DNA of 54,087 nucleotides from Psammoneis japonica. Lineage: Eukaryota. Location: contig QPGO01000339.1 of the NCBI GenBank assembly GCA_008632985.1, positions 1-54,087 of the forward strand, written 5' to 3'. The number at the start of each line of letters is the position of its first letter. Positions within the stretch are counted from its first letter, which is position 1. A program made the translations under genes and the position numbers. Below the pieces are notes generated by a model, which saw only the letters and a list, made by a program, of their open reading frames with translations, was not told where the DNA came from and made no database searches. Positions 1-11,540 of this stretch are shown piece by piece.

Positions 1-141
1 AAATCAACCCAGGTCGGTGCGACTTGTGATCATGGCAAAATCTCCAAATCTGTCTGTGCCTCACCTGGTCTGGAGGAATGCACCATTGTGGGATTGACCT
101 TGCCTGTGCACAAAACACTGCACACAGCACTGCACATGTTG
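1..141. other. End of a TpA-depleted, TG/CA-rich block continuing upstream of the window
   Basis: No TA dinucleotide in the first 141 bases. CA/TG-rich runs (gtgcacaaaacactgcacacagcactgcacatg) match the texture of the blocks at 32.7-41.7 kb and 50.6-54.1 kb. TA resumes abruptly at gtagaactac. Confidence 0.5.
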
Positions 142-880
142 TAGAACTACAAGGTGTTACAGCTACAGGGCTTTTGAGAAAAGACGCATTGTCGTCATCA
201 TGACGTGCATTAATGGTCGCGCGTGGTCGTAGAAATGTTACGACAAAATGTGTACAAAAGACATTTGGCGATGCTAGTTGGGTCGAGCCAAGCAAGGCAA
301 GTTCGAACATCCTGGAACACAACACCACGACGCCGAGATTGCTTGAAATGAGAACGTTGTTGTACAACATCATTGGATTGTTGTTTTGACTGTTGTTTGG
401 ACGCTTACTTGCTTCTTTGGTGACATTTTCAACCCATTGGAAAGTTTGAACGTGTAGAAAATCGGTTGGTAAGTGAAGGAAACGCACGAGAGAAAGACTT
501 CTGCCTTGGAGGGAGTAGCATAGTCTGTGCGCATTTTCTCATTTTTTCAAATCACGTAGAAAAGTACGTGCGATTTGTACTGACACCGCCTGCCAACGAA
601 CAGCTTTTGAATTCAATCTCATTTTCGTTGTGTGACGGGCAATCAAATAATCATAACTCGGCTGATTTGTTGTCTCTGTGCAGTTTTCGTCTGAGGTGAA
701 CTGTGGCGGTTTTGAATGCGAATCAGGTTTTGTTCCTCGAAGTTCCTCTGTTCAACACGACTTACCGCGGGATCTTGAATCGGAGAAAGTAGCTCAGCAA
801 TCCCATTTTTTTCCTTTTAAAATATATTACAGATCTAACGCTGCTCAAACAGAATTATTGCTTTTACGCGCTGGTGAAAC

Positions 881-3800
881 ATGGGTTTTTGTTCTCGATC
901 CTTCCGAGCCTTGCTGCGAAGGAACGCCATTTATCGCAAGAGGAAATGGGCTGGATCGGTATGTTTTCTGAGATTCATATGAATCTTCAACAATACCTAT
1001 GAAAGACAGATTCTTACATTTTGTCTTGTTTTTTTTTTACCTAGCTCCTCGAAATCGCTCTTCCGGTGGGCTTTATCTGCATTCTCCTAGCAATCAAGTT
1101 GAGTCTCGAAAACACGGATGGTTTTGAGCCAGAGACTATCCCGCCCTCGTTTCCAGATTCTAGCGAAACATACCGCACTTTTAGCTTCAAAGACTACGTG
1201 ACGGCGATTCAAGCTGATCGTTTTTGTCAATCCATTGGTGGCGATGACTTTGTGATCACGGGAATTGCCAGTCAGGGTTACAACTGGCAGGTTCCTTTTG
1301 TCAAGTGCGACTCTCGTGCATGTGTCGAAAACGGAGAAGATGCCCAGGACACGTATTGTGAATATCAGATCCTGGCTCTCGCGCCCGATTCTGAATCGAA
1401 TGAAATAGCCAAGTCGCAGATTGAAAACTTTACAAGCTTCGTGTACAGGGATTACCCTCAGCTGCTGACCAACGTCCCCTTTGAATACGAATTCATTCGT
1501 AACTTTGCAGATGATAAAGCTCTCGAAGACTATGTCAAAGCAGAGGATTACGGAAAAACCGGATTTCCAAAGGTTGGTGTTGCGGTTGTCTTCTCTTCCA
1601 CTTCAGAGAAGGGTTACAAATACAGTGTGAGAGTCAACTCCACGAACTTTAATGGCCTGGAAGAGGAGGCAAGACCGGCGAGCAGAACGACTCCACCGAC
1701 GGATAGGATTTTCGACAACTTTGCCAAGAGGGACAGGGATGTTTGCGAGGGCGAGGGTGGGACACCTGACTTAGGTCCGCTACGATATTCATGCACTGGA
1801 CAGTACATCTACAATGGAGCGCTGATCATTCAGAGGCTTGTTGGAGATTGGATCATGGATAACAGTGGAGCACGCAGTAATGGATATTTTGTGGCGGAAC
1901 ACGGTGTTCAGTTTGTGCCTTTTCCAACGCGCGAATACGTAGAGAATGGCTTCTACGAAGATATCTCCAGTACGTATGATGGCCCAATGCATGCATGCAC
2001 AAGTCTCAGCTGGACACTTCTCACATCTGCCCAATGTTTTCTTTTGTAGACTTTGCACCCTTACTTGTAGTACTCGGCCTTCTCTATCCGGTTGCGGCTG
2101 TCGTTCGAGCCATCACTCTTGAGAAAGAGCTGAGGCAGAAAGAGCTAATGAAGATGATGTCTGTAACTGATTCAGATCTTGGCTGGTCGTGGTTCACCTC
2201 ATTCTCGATTTTTCACCTCTTCACAGCAATCTTTATGGCGATTGCTAGCTCAGCCTTGTATTCGAATTCTGGTGCAGGCTACCTCTTCTTCTTTTGGGTG
2301 TTATCTTTGTTGTCGGCTGTCATTGTGTTTGGCATGGGTATCGCTTCGTTCAACTCCAAGTCCACAAGGGCGACCCTTATCGGTCTTTTGGTCTTCTTCT
2401 GTGGCTACTTCCTCACGCTTGTGGTGGATTATGATACTTCCAGCTCGGGCATTATTGGGTTAGTGTCGCTACACCCAGTTGCTGCGGTCGGTTTTGGTCT
2501 ACAGGAAATTGGACGCCTCGAGGATCTCGGTATCGGTGTCAGAAGTAGCACGTTCAACGAAACTGATAGCCCGTCAGACTACACGTTGCAAAGCACATAT
2601 GTTGCGCTCATTATAGACGCCGTCCTTTGGGGCATTGTTGGTTGGTATCTGAACCGTGTCGTTCCGTCTGGTTTCGGTCAGCCCCTGAAGTGGTACTTTC
2701 CATTTACCGGCGATTACTGGTGTCCAGGTAGAGCAACTGCGCCGCAAGACAGCGAGGAAGATCAAGCAAGGAGAGGTAGTTATACAGAAGGTGCTATTTT
2801 GGAACCAGTATCTGATGCTTTGAAAGCGCAAGCTTCAGAAGGAAAGAGTATCGAGATACATGGTCTGCGAAAGCAGTTTGGCGAAAAGACAGCTGTAGAA
2901 GGACTCAATATGTCCATGTACAGCGGGCAGATCACCGCGCTGTTGGGGGTAAGTGAAGAGCGTACCGTGTCTAGTCTTGTGTCTATTGTCATGGAGTCAG
3001 TCACGAACCTCTCCTGCTTCAACTCATCCTATTCCTCGTAGCACAATGGAGCTGGCAAGACAACTACTATCAGCATGCTCACAGGAATGGTGGCACCCAC
3101 TGAGGGCTACGCGACAGTTGCCGGCAAAGATATTAGAACGCAGTTGAGCCAGATTCGTGGAGAAATCGGTATCTGTCTGCAGCACGATTGCTTGTTCCCA
3201 CATTTGACTGTCAAGGAGCACATTCAGTTTTTTGCGCGTGTCAAGGGTCTGTATGCCACGAAATCCCGCGAAGAAGCTGAAGCGGCGATCATGGCATCAA
3301 TAGAAGATGTTGCACTTCTAGAGAAAAGAGACACCCTATCAACAAATCTGAGTGGAGGCATGAAAAGAAAGCTTAGCGTTGCCATTGCATTTTGCGGGGA
3401 TAGCAAGACAGTGTAAGTTTTATTGTTTTGCACTTGTGCACTGGTCACCTCCATTTCTAAACTTTCTTCTTCTGCTCCTTGTTCCCCAATAGACTCCTGG
3501 ACGAGCCAACTTCAGGTATGAATGAACAAATAATATACCCGGCCCATCTTTTGCCTTCGTTTCGCTTACGATAAGATTCTTTTCCCTCGTTTGCTTTCTG
3601 CTAAAGGAATGGACCCGTTTAGTCGCAGATTCACTTGGAACGTGATTCGTCAGTACCGTCAAGATCGCTGCATCATCCTGACTACGCACTTCATGGACGA
3701 GGCGGATGTCCTTGGAGATAGAATCGCAATTTTATCTCAAGGCCAGCTTCGGTGCGCCGGATCATCTCTATTTCTCAAGAAGCACTACGGCGTCGGGTAT

Positions 3801-6800
3801 CAGCTTACGATCGAGAAAAAGTCAAAATCAGGCGGTCATTTTCATGACGACGGAGGAGCTGGTGAGGCCACTCACGAGGCCAACGGCATGGAAGTTGCTG
3901 AAAACGGTGCAGCAGCTGAAACGACTGATCGCCATTTACAGAAAATTGTCGTTGGTTCAGTAGAAGGAGCAAAGCTTTTAAGCAACGTTGGAACTGAAAT
4001 GAGTTTTCAGCTTCCACTTGACGCGTCTTCGAGCTTCCGACCGATGTTTGACGCTCTCGACGAGGAAGTCGAAGCAGGCAACATTGTGACATATGGTGTA
4101 GGAATCACAACACTTGATGAAGTGTTTCTATTAGTAGCCCGCGGTGATACCGGCGATCGCCAGTCCATGCGTTCTTCCGGGAAAGCCTCTGGCGGCGTCA
4201 CGGAAGGAGACAAGAGCCATCGATCTCGAAACGATCTTCAGAGGGACGGCTTATTTGCGAAGCACGTTCGCGCCCTCTTTTTGAAGCGTGCAGTGAACTT
4301 CAAGCGTGACAAGAAAGCATGGTGTTGCTCAACATTCCTCCCTAGTATCTTCGTCTTCATTGGCTTCATCTTGTTCAAGTACGCAGGCACTGACCGAAAT
4401 CTTGGCTCCCTGACGCTGTCGCTTGAGGACTACAACGAGGGCGTTGAAAGCCCGAGGAATCCCATCGCTTTTAACAATGCTAGTTTGTACCAGTGCCAAC
4501 CAGGGAGATGCATTTATCAGGATCCTCAACCTGATTTAACCGCAACCACTGGCGAGGAGTATCACTTTTGTGGTGAGGGGACTCTTGTTATAGACGGAGA
4601 ATGTAGCATTTCCAACTCGACGGAGATCGTGTCACGAATCACAGATGCGGGAGCCTCCCCCGAAGGTACAGAAGTCTCAACTGTGAATGAGTCATCCTAC
4701 AGCTTGTTCAGTACATCAGATGTGTACGAAGCGTCACAATACGGTGCTTTGTTTTTCACGCATGAGATTGGCAGCACGACAGATGGCCAAGACTACGGTG
4801 ATTCTGTTGTTGCCTCTTGTCTTGATAATCTTGGTGACTACGTCGAAGCTCAGCAGTGCGAAAACTACAGGGGTATAGGCGTGGTTGTCAGCTACAACTT
4901 CACCGCCTACCATTCCAGTCTTTTGTATCAATCGCTTGCAGACGAAGCTATTGTTAGGGAAGGGCTGGATGACGATGAGGTTTCAATCCAAGCTACCATT
5001 CACCCCCTTCCGATTACATCTGTTGAAAGTCAGTTCAGCCAAGCGGAAGACGCGTTCTCGGCTTGGTTTCTTGTTGTTTTGAGTTTCCCGTTCATTACGG
5101 GTGCCTTTGCGGTAAGTTGTTTTTTCGACGAGACAAATAATTAAATTCCATAAAGGATCTGACAACGCTTTTCTTCTTTTGTTTTTGAAGACTTTCATTG
5201 TGACCGAAAAGCAGTCTAAAGCGAAGCATTTGCAAACGGTAGCTGGAGTTAAGCCATCGTCATACTGGACTGCTTCCTTTCTATGGGATATATTGAACTA
5301 CCAGTTTCCATTGTGGATTACTGTCATTCTCATGTTTGCTTTTGGCGTGGAGTCATTTACAACTTCTGAACGCGGGGTAGCGGGAGGAACGATCGTGACA
5401 TTCCTTCTGTTCGGTCCTGCCGCGGCAGGCATCACCTATTGCTTCACTTTCATGTTTCAATCCCCGAGTATGTGTAACCTCTTTGTCATTATTGTGAACT
5501 TCCTGGTCAGCATGGCTGGTCCGCTTGTGATTTTCATTCTGAAGATTATCGGGGGTGACCCAACGAACCCCAATGACAAGCTTGTTGACATTGCCACTGC
5601 AATAGAGTGGCCGCTTCGTTTACTCCCGTCATTTTGCTTGGGAAACTCTCTCTTTAAGATCATCAATATTCAGTCATTGGAGTTTCTTGCGCAAGAGCCG
5701 ATTACGGTTTGGAGCACCGATGGTGTGTTGTACGAAGTTATTTTCCTCGCTTGTGAATCCTTCGTGTATATTCTCTTGGCCATGCAGATTGACAGGTGGT
5801 CGACAAATCCGAGAGCCGTCTCGCGCTGGAAGGCCTTTTTGCGTTTTCTTACTTGTCGCTGCTGTTGCGTCAGCTCGCAAAGATTGGACGAAGGTATTAC
5901 GGTTGCTCAGCCTGATGACGAGGACGTCGCGGCTGAAGCCGAACGCGTCGTCCAAGGAGGAGCGAGCAATGATCTAATCGTTGTAAATCAGCTTACGAAG
6001 CAGTTTGATAATGGCAAAATAGCTGTGAACAACGTGAGCTACGGCATTCCAGGTGGTGAATGCTTTGCTCTCCTCGGTATCAATGGTGCAGGGAAAACGA
6101 CAACGATGTCTATGTTAACTGCTGAGTTCCCTCCGACCAGTGGAGATGCTATATTGGCAGGCTTCAGCGTTACAAGGGAACCCGAACAAACAAGAAGGCG
6201 CATTGGTTACTGCCCACAGTTTGACGCCCACTTCCAGAACATGACGGGCAGAGGTGAGAGTGCCGATGGTGCCACCCTTTTCTTGGCATTTGGTTGGTAG
6301 CTCACTTATCATTCTCTCCCTCCTTTACAGAGCACGTTGAGCTATACGCTTCAATCAAGGGAGTGCCTTCTGAGTTTGTGAAAGAAGCGGCGTCCGCGAA
6401 GCTTTCGGAAGTAGGATTGAGTGAATTCGACAGCGACAGGTTGAGTGCTGGCTACAGTGGCGGCATGAAAAGAAAATTGAGTGTTGCCTGCGCAACAATT
6501 GGACAGCCGGAAATTGTTTTCCTAGACGAGCCGTCAACTGGTGAGTGGGGATCATCGTCGTTCAAAATTTGAATGCAATTCCATTTGATTTACAGACGAA
6601 TCTTACTCCGTATATAGGTATGGATCCCGTTGCAAGACGTGACATGTGGCAAGTGATATCAGATATGGTATGTGGTGATGATACCGGCGATCAAACGAGC
6701 GTGATTCTTACCACTCATTCGATGGAAGAAGCCGAGGCCTTGTGTCCTCGCATCGCCATCATGGCGAACGGAAAGCTGAGATGCCTTGGCTCTGCTCAGC

Positions 6801-7405
6801 ATCTCAAATCTAGATTTGGAAAAGGATTTCAGGCGGAGCTCAAACTTCGAGAAGTTGAAGATGAAGACGAAGATTACAGAGAAGTAGTTCGTATCATCCT
6901 CTCTCACAGCGGTCAGGAACAACCTGCAGCAAGCGAAGATGATCCAGAAGGCGCTGCAGCCGCAGACACACCTGAGGTTTTCCTAAGTCTCGCGGACGCT
7001 CGCGCTGCTGCCGAGGCCGTCACAGGCGATGCGTTCCTGTCATCCAAAATTAGCTCAACCGATCCAACTGGTTATGTTGTATACAAGGCGGCAAATTCCC
7101 AAATTGGTGTGGCTCTGGACGAGTTGGCGTCATTTTGCGCGGAAGAACTTCGCATGCTCAAGCTTACGCAGTTCATTGAGAGAACATACCCTAACTCTTT
7201 GCTGCGGGAACGACAAGATAACAAGGCTCGTTTTGAAATTGGATCAGAAGGTCTGAAGATCTCATCTCTCTTTGGAACCATCGAAGACAACAAAGAGGAG
7301 CTGAGCCTCGCAGACTACGGAATTAGCCAGACGAGCTTGGAACAGGTGTTCAACATGCATGCAGCCGAGGCTGAAAAGCTAAAGCAGGGAACTCACGATG
7401 CCTGA
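881..7405 (+). CDS. Full-size ABCA-family ABC transporter (2 TMD + 2 NBD), 9 exons
   Basis: N-terminal [11 protein letters not shown] motif; Walker A GHNGAGKT and GINGAGKT; signatures [10 protein letters not shown] and [21 protein letters not shown] and [17 protein letters not shown] and SLEQVF. In-frame GT-AG exons: 881-958, 1045-1969, 2050-2948, 3042-3412, 3493-3515, 3607-5111, 5191-6253, 6331-6540, 6618-7405. Confidence 0.95.
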
Positions 7406-7527
7406 GCTCACGCAGTTCTCACGTTGTTTGGAAATTAGTTTTGTTCTTCGTAATAGTTTGCTGAGTTTTGCATCAGAAGTTTTTACATTTTGTCTGTGGT
7501 CGTATCATATCATAGACTAGTACGGTA

Positions 7528-7889
7528 TGGGGACATCCCGAATAAATTTAGCCAGTGGCTAAAAACCTCCTGTAGAATTCTACGCATTTCTCCTGGTATG
7601 CGATTTATTTAATCATAACGCCTTTTAACGTCACCCCATCGTTTTCTTTTATATACATATTATTATTTGTGGGTTTTTGTTTTTGTATTTATTTTTAAAC
7701 GCTTAAAAGCTAAAGGTTTTATATTAACGAACGTTATATTTAGCAGCAAACCGTTACAGATATGACATTTATAGGCTCAGTAAAATGGATAGTAAATATT
7801 TTCTTTGTAGAAAATATACCAGCGTACAAACCTGGTATGTGTCTACACAAGATTTTAGCCACTGGCTAAAATCATTCGGTATGTCCCCA
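7528..7889. mobile_element. MITE (non-autonomous TIR element, ~362 bp) flanked by TA on both sides
   Basis: Ends tggggacatcccgaataaatttagccagtggctaaaa and ttttagccactggctaaaatcattcggtatgtcccca form ~37-bp TIRs with 3 mismatches. TA at 7526-7527 and 7890-7891. AT-rich non-coding interior. A second copy at 50201-50560 in the opposite orientation fixes the boundary at TA|tggggac. Confidence 0.9.
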
Positions 7890-8149
7890 TACCGGGGTAG
7901 AAGATCGACCTGCTTGCTCGTGCGTGAGCGAGCGGCTTGATACCTGTTGACGTCATTGTGACGCAGAAAAGCAATGACGTCAATCGTAACGCAACCTTGC
8001 TTGCTTTTCAAACACCTAAACCGCAAAACCGCTGAATGATTCATCCTTCGTGACATAGGGCTACACTGTGATGTGCTGCTCTCTACTCTAGCTCTAGAGT
8101 ACGCCATTACTCCTTACCCTGACCAGTTCTGTAGAAACAGATTGCAGCC

Positions 8150-9322
8150 ATGAAGGTTTACTTTCAAGCGTTTTTTGCTGCAGCTTTTCTCGCTTTGGAG
8201 GCGTATTCATGGAGTGGACCGTCACATAACAGACATCCGTCCACCGTCAACAGTGGTGCTGATCAGTCACCGCGACAGAACGAGGAAGATCGAAGATCAT
8301 TTTTCAAGAATGCCCTCATTCTTGGTGGCTCGGTAACAGCCGCGACGCTCAATGAACAAGCAGCTCTTGCTGTGTCATCGTACTATGAACCTCCTCCACA
8401 CTCGATGGACAATAAGGCTGTTGTGATAACTGGCGGAAACACGGGATTAGGTTTGGAATCGTCGAAGCGACTAGCGGCTGCTGGCGCGAATGTGATTTTG
8501 ACTAGTCGAAATTTAGAAAAGGGAGAACAAGCTGTCGAAGAAGTCAGAAGATATGCAGCTGAAAAGGGTGTCACTGACAGCACCGTGTCTTTTCTCCCAC
8601 TTGATTTGTGCGATTTGGACAGCGTGAAAAAGTTCCCTCAACTCCTATCTCAAAAGCTTGGTGATAAGTCTATTGATGTCCTAATGAACAATGCAGGCGT
8701 TATGGCTGTCCCCGATCGTCGCCTTACCAAGGACGGTTTTGAGAAGACTTTCCAGACGAATCATCTTGGCCATTTTTTGTTAACTGCCAAACTGATGCCA
8801 ATGTTGTCAAAGGGTGCTAGAGTTGTGAATGTTTCATCGGAAGGGTACAAGTTTGCTCCTACCTTGGAACTGAACAATCTCAATGGAGAGGAAAAGTACG
8901 GACCCTGGTCTTCTTACGGGCAATCAAAGCTTGCGAATATTCTTTTCACCAAGGAACTTCAGAAGCGTGCGGATGCTGCAGGTTTGGATCTAACAGCAGT
9001 CACTCTTCATCCTGGTGCGGTGCAAACAGATCTGGGTAGGTTTGTGGTTGGAGAAGAAAAGTGGGAATCCATGAAGAAGAACGGCATGTCTCTTCAGGAC
9101 AAGCTTTTGTTTGTACCATTATCTAAATTGACCAAGACCGTACAAGATGGTGCATCCACACAAATTTTTCTCGCAGCCGAACCTGGAAAGAGTATCGTGG
9201 GCGGCGAGTTTTACGTGGATTGCAAGCCAGAGAAACTTGACCCGGCAGCTCAAGATATGGACAAGGCGAAAGAGCTATGGGATCTTTCAGAAAAGCTAAC
9301 GGGTACACAGTTTAAACTCTAA
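8150..9322 (+). CDS. Short-chain dehydrogenase/reductase (retinol dehydrogenase/Tic32-like) with plastid-type presequence
   Basis: TGGNTGLG, NNAGVM, TNHLGHF, YGQSK catalytic motif and LHPGAVQTDL. N-terminus has a signal peptide (..EAYS-W) followed by an RRSFF...AALA segment. Confidence 0.93.
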   Translation: MKVYFQAFFAAAFLALEAYSWSGPSHNRHPSTVNSGADQSPRQNEEDRRSFFKNALILGGSVTAATLNEQAALAVSSYYEPPPHSMDNKAVVITGGNTGLGLESSKRLAAAGANVILTSRNLEKGEQAVEEVRRYAAEKGVTDSTVSFLPLDLCDLDSVKKFPQLLSQKLGDKSIDVLMNNAGVMAVPDRRLTKDGFEKTFQTNHLGHFLLTAKLMPMLSKGARVVNVSSEGYKFAPTLELNNLNGEEKYGPWSSYGQSKLANILFTKELQKRADAAGLDLTAVTLHPGAVQTDLGRFVVGEEKWESMKKNGMSLQDKLLFVPLSKLTKTVQDGASTQIFLAAEPGKSIVGGEFYVDCKPEKLDPAAQDMDKAKELWDLSEKLTGTQFKL

Positions 9323-9698
9323 GTCCAAGTGTCACTCAAGTGATTTCCTAGAACTTGTTGTGTACTATTATTATACAGTCAGAAGCATCGATCGCTAATC
9401 TAGCCAGGGTCATGGCCAAGGGGAAGCAGTTGACAAAGAACAGGACATAGGCAGATTTTACGACAACCGAAGATAGTTGGAGACGTGACGTGGCATTGCA
9501 TTCGCTCGGTACCGGTGCGGAGGAAGAGACGGGTGCCCCGCAGAAAAGCTCTCGGAGGTTGTGCCCAGCCGCCTGTCACTGTAGAGCACAATGCATGACG
9601 TTGGACTTCATTAGTTGCGTCGTTTTTGCTTTTTTCTGCCACTAGAACAAAAACGTCGAAAGCGCGCCATAAAAGATGTTCCGCTCAAGGACGAGAGT

Positions 9699-11256
9699 TT
9701 ACTGCCGATTCTCAAGAGTTTCCTTTACGATCCGAGATCGAGCGCGTCTCTCTTTGCCCGTCGCAACTCCAACGACACGTTGGCGATTCGCAATAGCAAG
9801 CTCAATTCCTTTCTCTGTTGTAAACGCTCCTAGCCCTGAGTATGGAGGTTGACCAATTCAAGGTCCGAAATGAGAATCGACGGCCAACTTAGTTCAAATA
9901 CCCACACAAGACTGCACTTACAGGGCCATTGACTTTTTTGCCAATTGTCAAAATCCAATCCCATGTTGAGTTCTCGATTGATCTGCATCAGCGTATACCA
10001 CCACAAGTGTTGTGCCGAATCCAATCGACTGCTCGCATTGACCAGAAGTGGCGGACTCATCCACGGTTTTTGTCTCCCACTAAAGTGTTTCATCTCGCAA
10101 ATGTATTGTCTACAGCTGTCTGTATCCACTACCAAGGGTGGTTGGGCAAGGCCTTCAAACGGCCTTGACAGCCGCTCCTCCATTACCACGGTGCCGTTGG
10201 AATCGTCGGACGACCAGTTCTCGACCGCATCTCGAAAGACAAGATTTACGTGCTTCTTTTCATACTTTACCCAATGATACACTGTCGTTACAATCAAACA
10301 CGAGTAAAGCGTGATCAAACACAAGAGTGATGAGTTCTTTCACGAAAAACAGCGAGGCAACAGCATATAGAAACAAACATACAAAGTCCTTGATCCGAGA
10401 GACCGGCATAAAAGTCCCAAAGTCTTCCTCGTCCACGCCGATGTACCCACTCATCTGGAGGCGTAATGACATGACCAAATCCTTCAGTCACACTGAATGG
10501 CTTGCTTTCTCGAGCTTGAATGATTTCCTGGATATATTTGTAATCGCCCTGTTCCGGAGCAAGCATGAAGAACCCGCCATTTGCTGGCTCGTTTCCTGTG
10601 GCAATCACCAGATTGGGCTTTAGGACTCCTTGCAGGGATAATTCAAACAGAAAATCGAGGTTCGCCAAGGGAATGACATCTCCGTCCAGGTATAGGACGC
10701 GCTTGTATTGTGTAAGCGTCAGTATCCGAAACTTGTTCATGTTGGTTTCATAAAACGATTCCGTTTCCGACGGCTCGAGATACCGCACCTTGACTCCAAG
10801 TGCTTGCAAGGCTCGCGCATCGGCCTCGGGCAGTTTTGTGCGGTTTGTGTATTTTCGATTCGGACTGAGCTGGAAAAATGCGACAATGTCAGCTTTTGAA
10901 TGAAATTCGTAAAAGAGTCGAGCCGCCACGAGAATGTTGTGAATGTATCCTCGGTGCTTGAGGGGTGCATCGAGATTGACACCACCAATCACAAAGCAAT
11001 AAGCGTATGATGCGCTTGCTTGCTCGTCACTGAACTTATCGATAATGGGTTTAAATGCCATTGAGGTCTTCACAATCTGTTGTGTTGCCGAGTCCTCGTT
11101 AATCGCAATTTTGAGGTATTTAGCACTGATGTCACAACTCTGATACAACGCTGAGACGAACAAACCAACTAGAAGTAGAATCAGGGCCATCACTAGTAGG
11201 CATTGCCGTCGCATATTGACATAACTCTGACGTCTTGGTTTTGTCGCGTCCCCCAT
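9699..11256 (-). CDS. Glycosyltransferase family 8 (glycogenin-like) type II membrane protein, 3 exons
   Basis: N-terminal TM; KFRILTLTQYKRVLYLDGD (DxD); NGGFFML; SDQGLLY; HFSGRQKPW. Predicted exons 11256-10383, 10281-9922, 9835-9699; the last exon is less certain. Confidence 0.85.
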
Positions 11257-11540
11257 TGGCCGTACAGATGAGCTTTGAGCTTTTGAGCTTTTCGACTCGG
11301 CCGTCGAAAAGTGTCAGGGCAAGTTTGTGAATGATGGCGTCATTGCCGTTGCAGAAAATCACAAATCACACAAGCATGCGCGCGTTGAGCATTGAGAGCC
11401 GGCCGTTGAGCGAGCGAGCGCGGTGCGCGAGGCTGTCTGTCGGTCTGCCGTTTTTCGAAATCAAAAATTTATCATCTCAAAAATAAAAGCAAAGCGGTGC
11501 GGTGGGGCGTCTGTTGGGTCTGGATTTGCAGTGGTAATCG

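Noticed and set aside
7769..8107. 112-aa minus-strand ORF
   Set aside because: It runs into the MITE and across the SDR promoter region with no protein-like motif.
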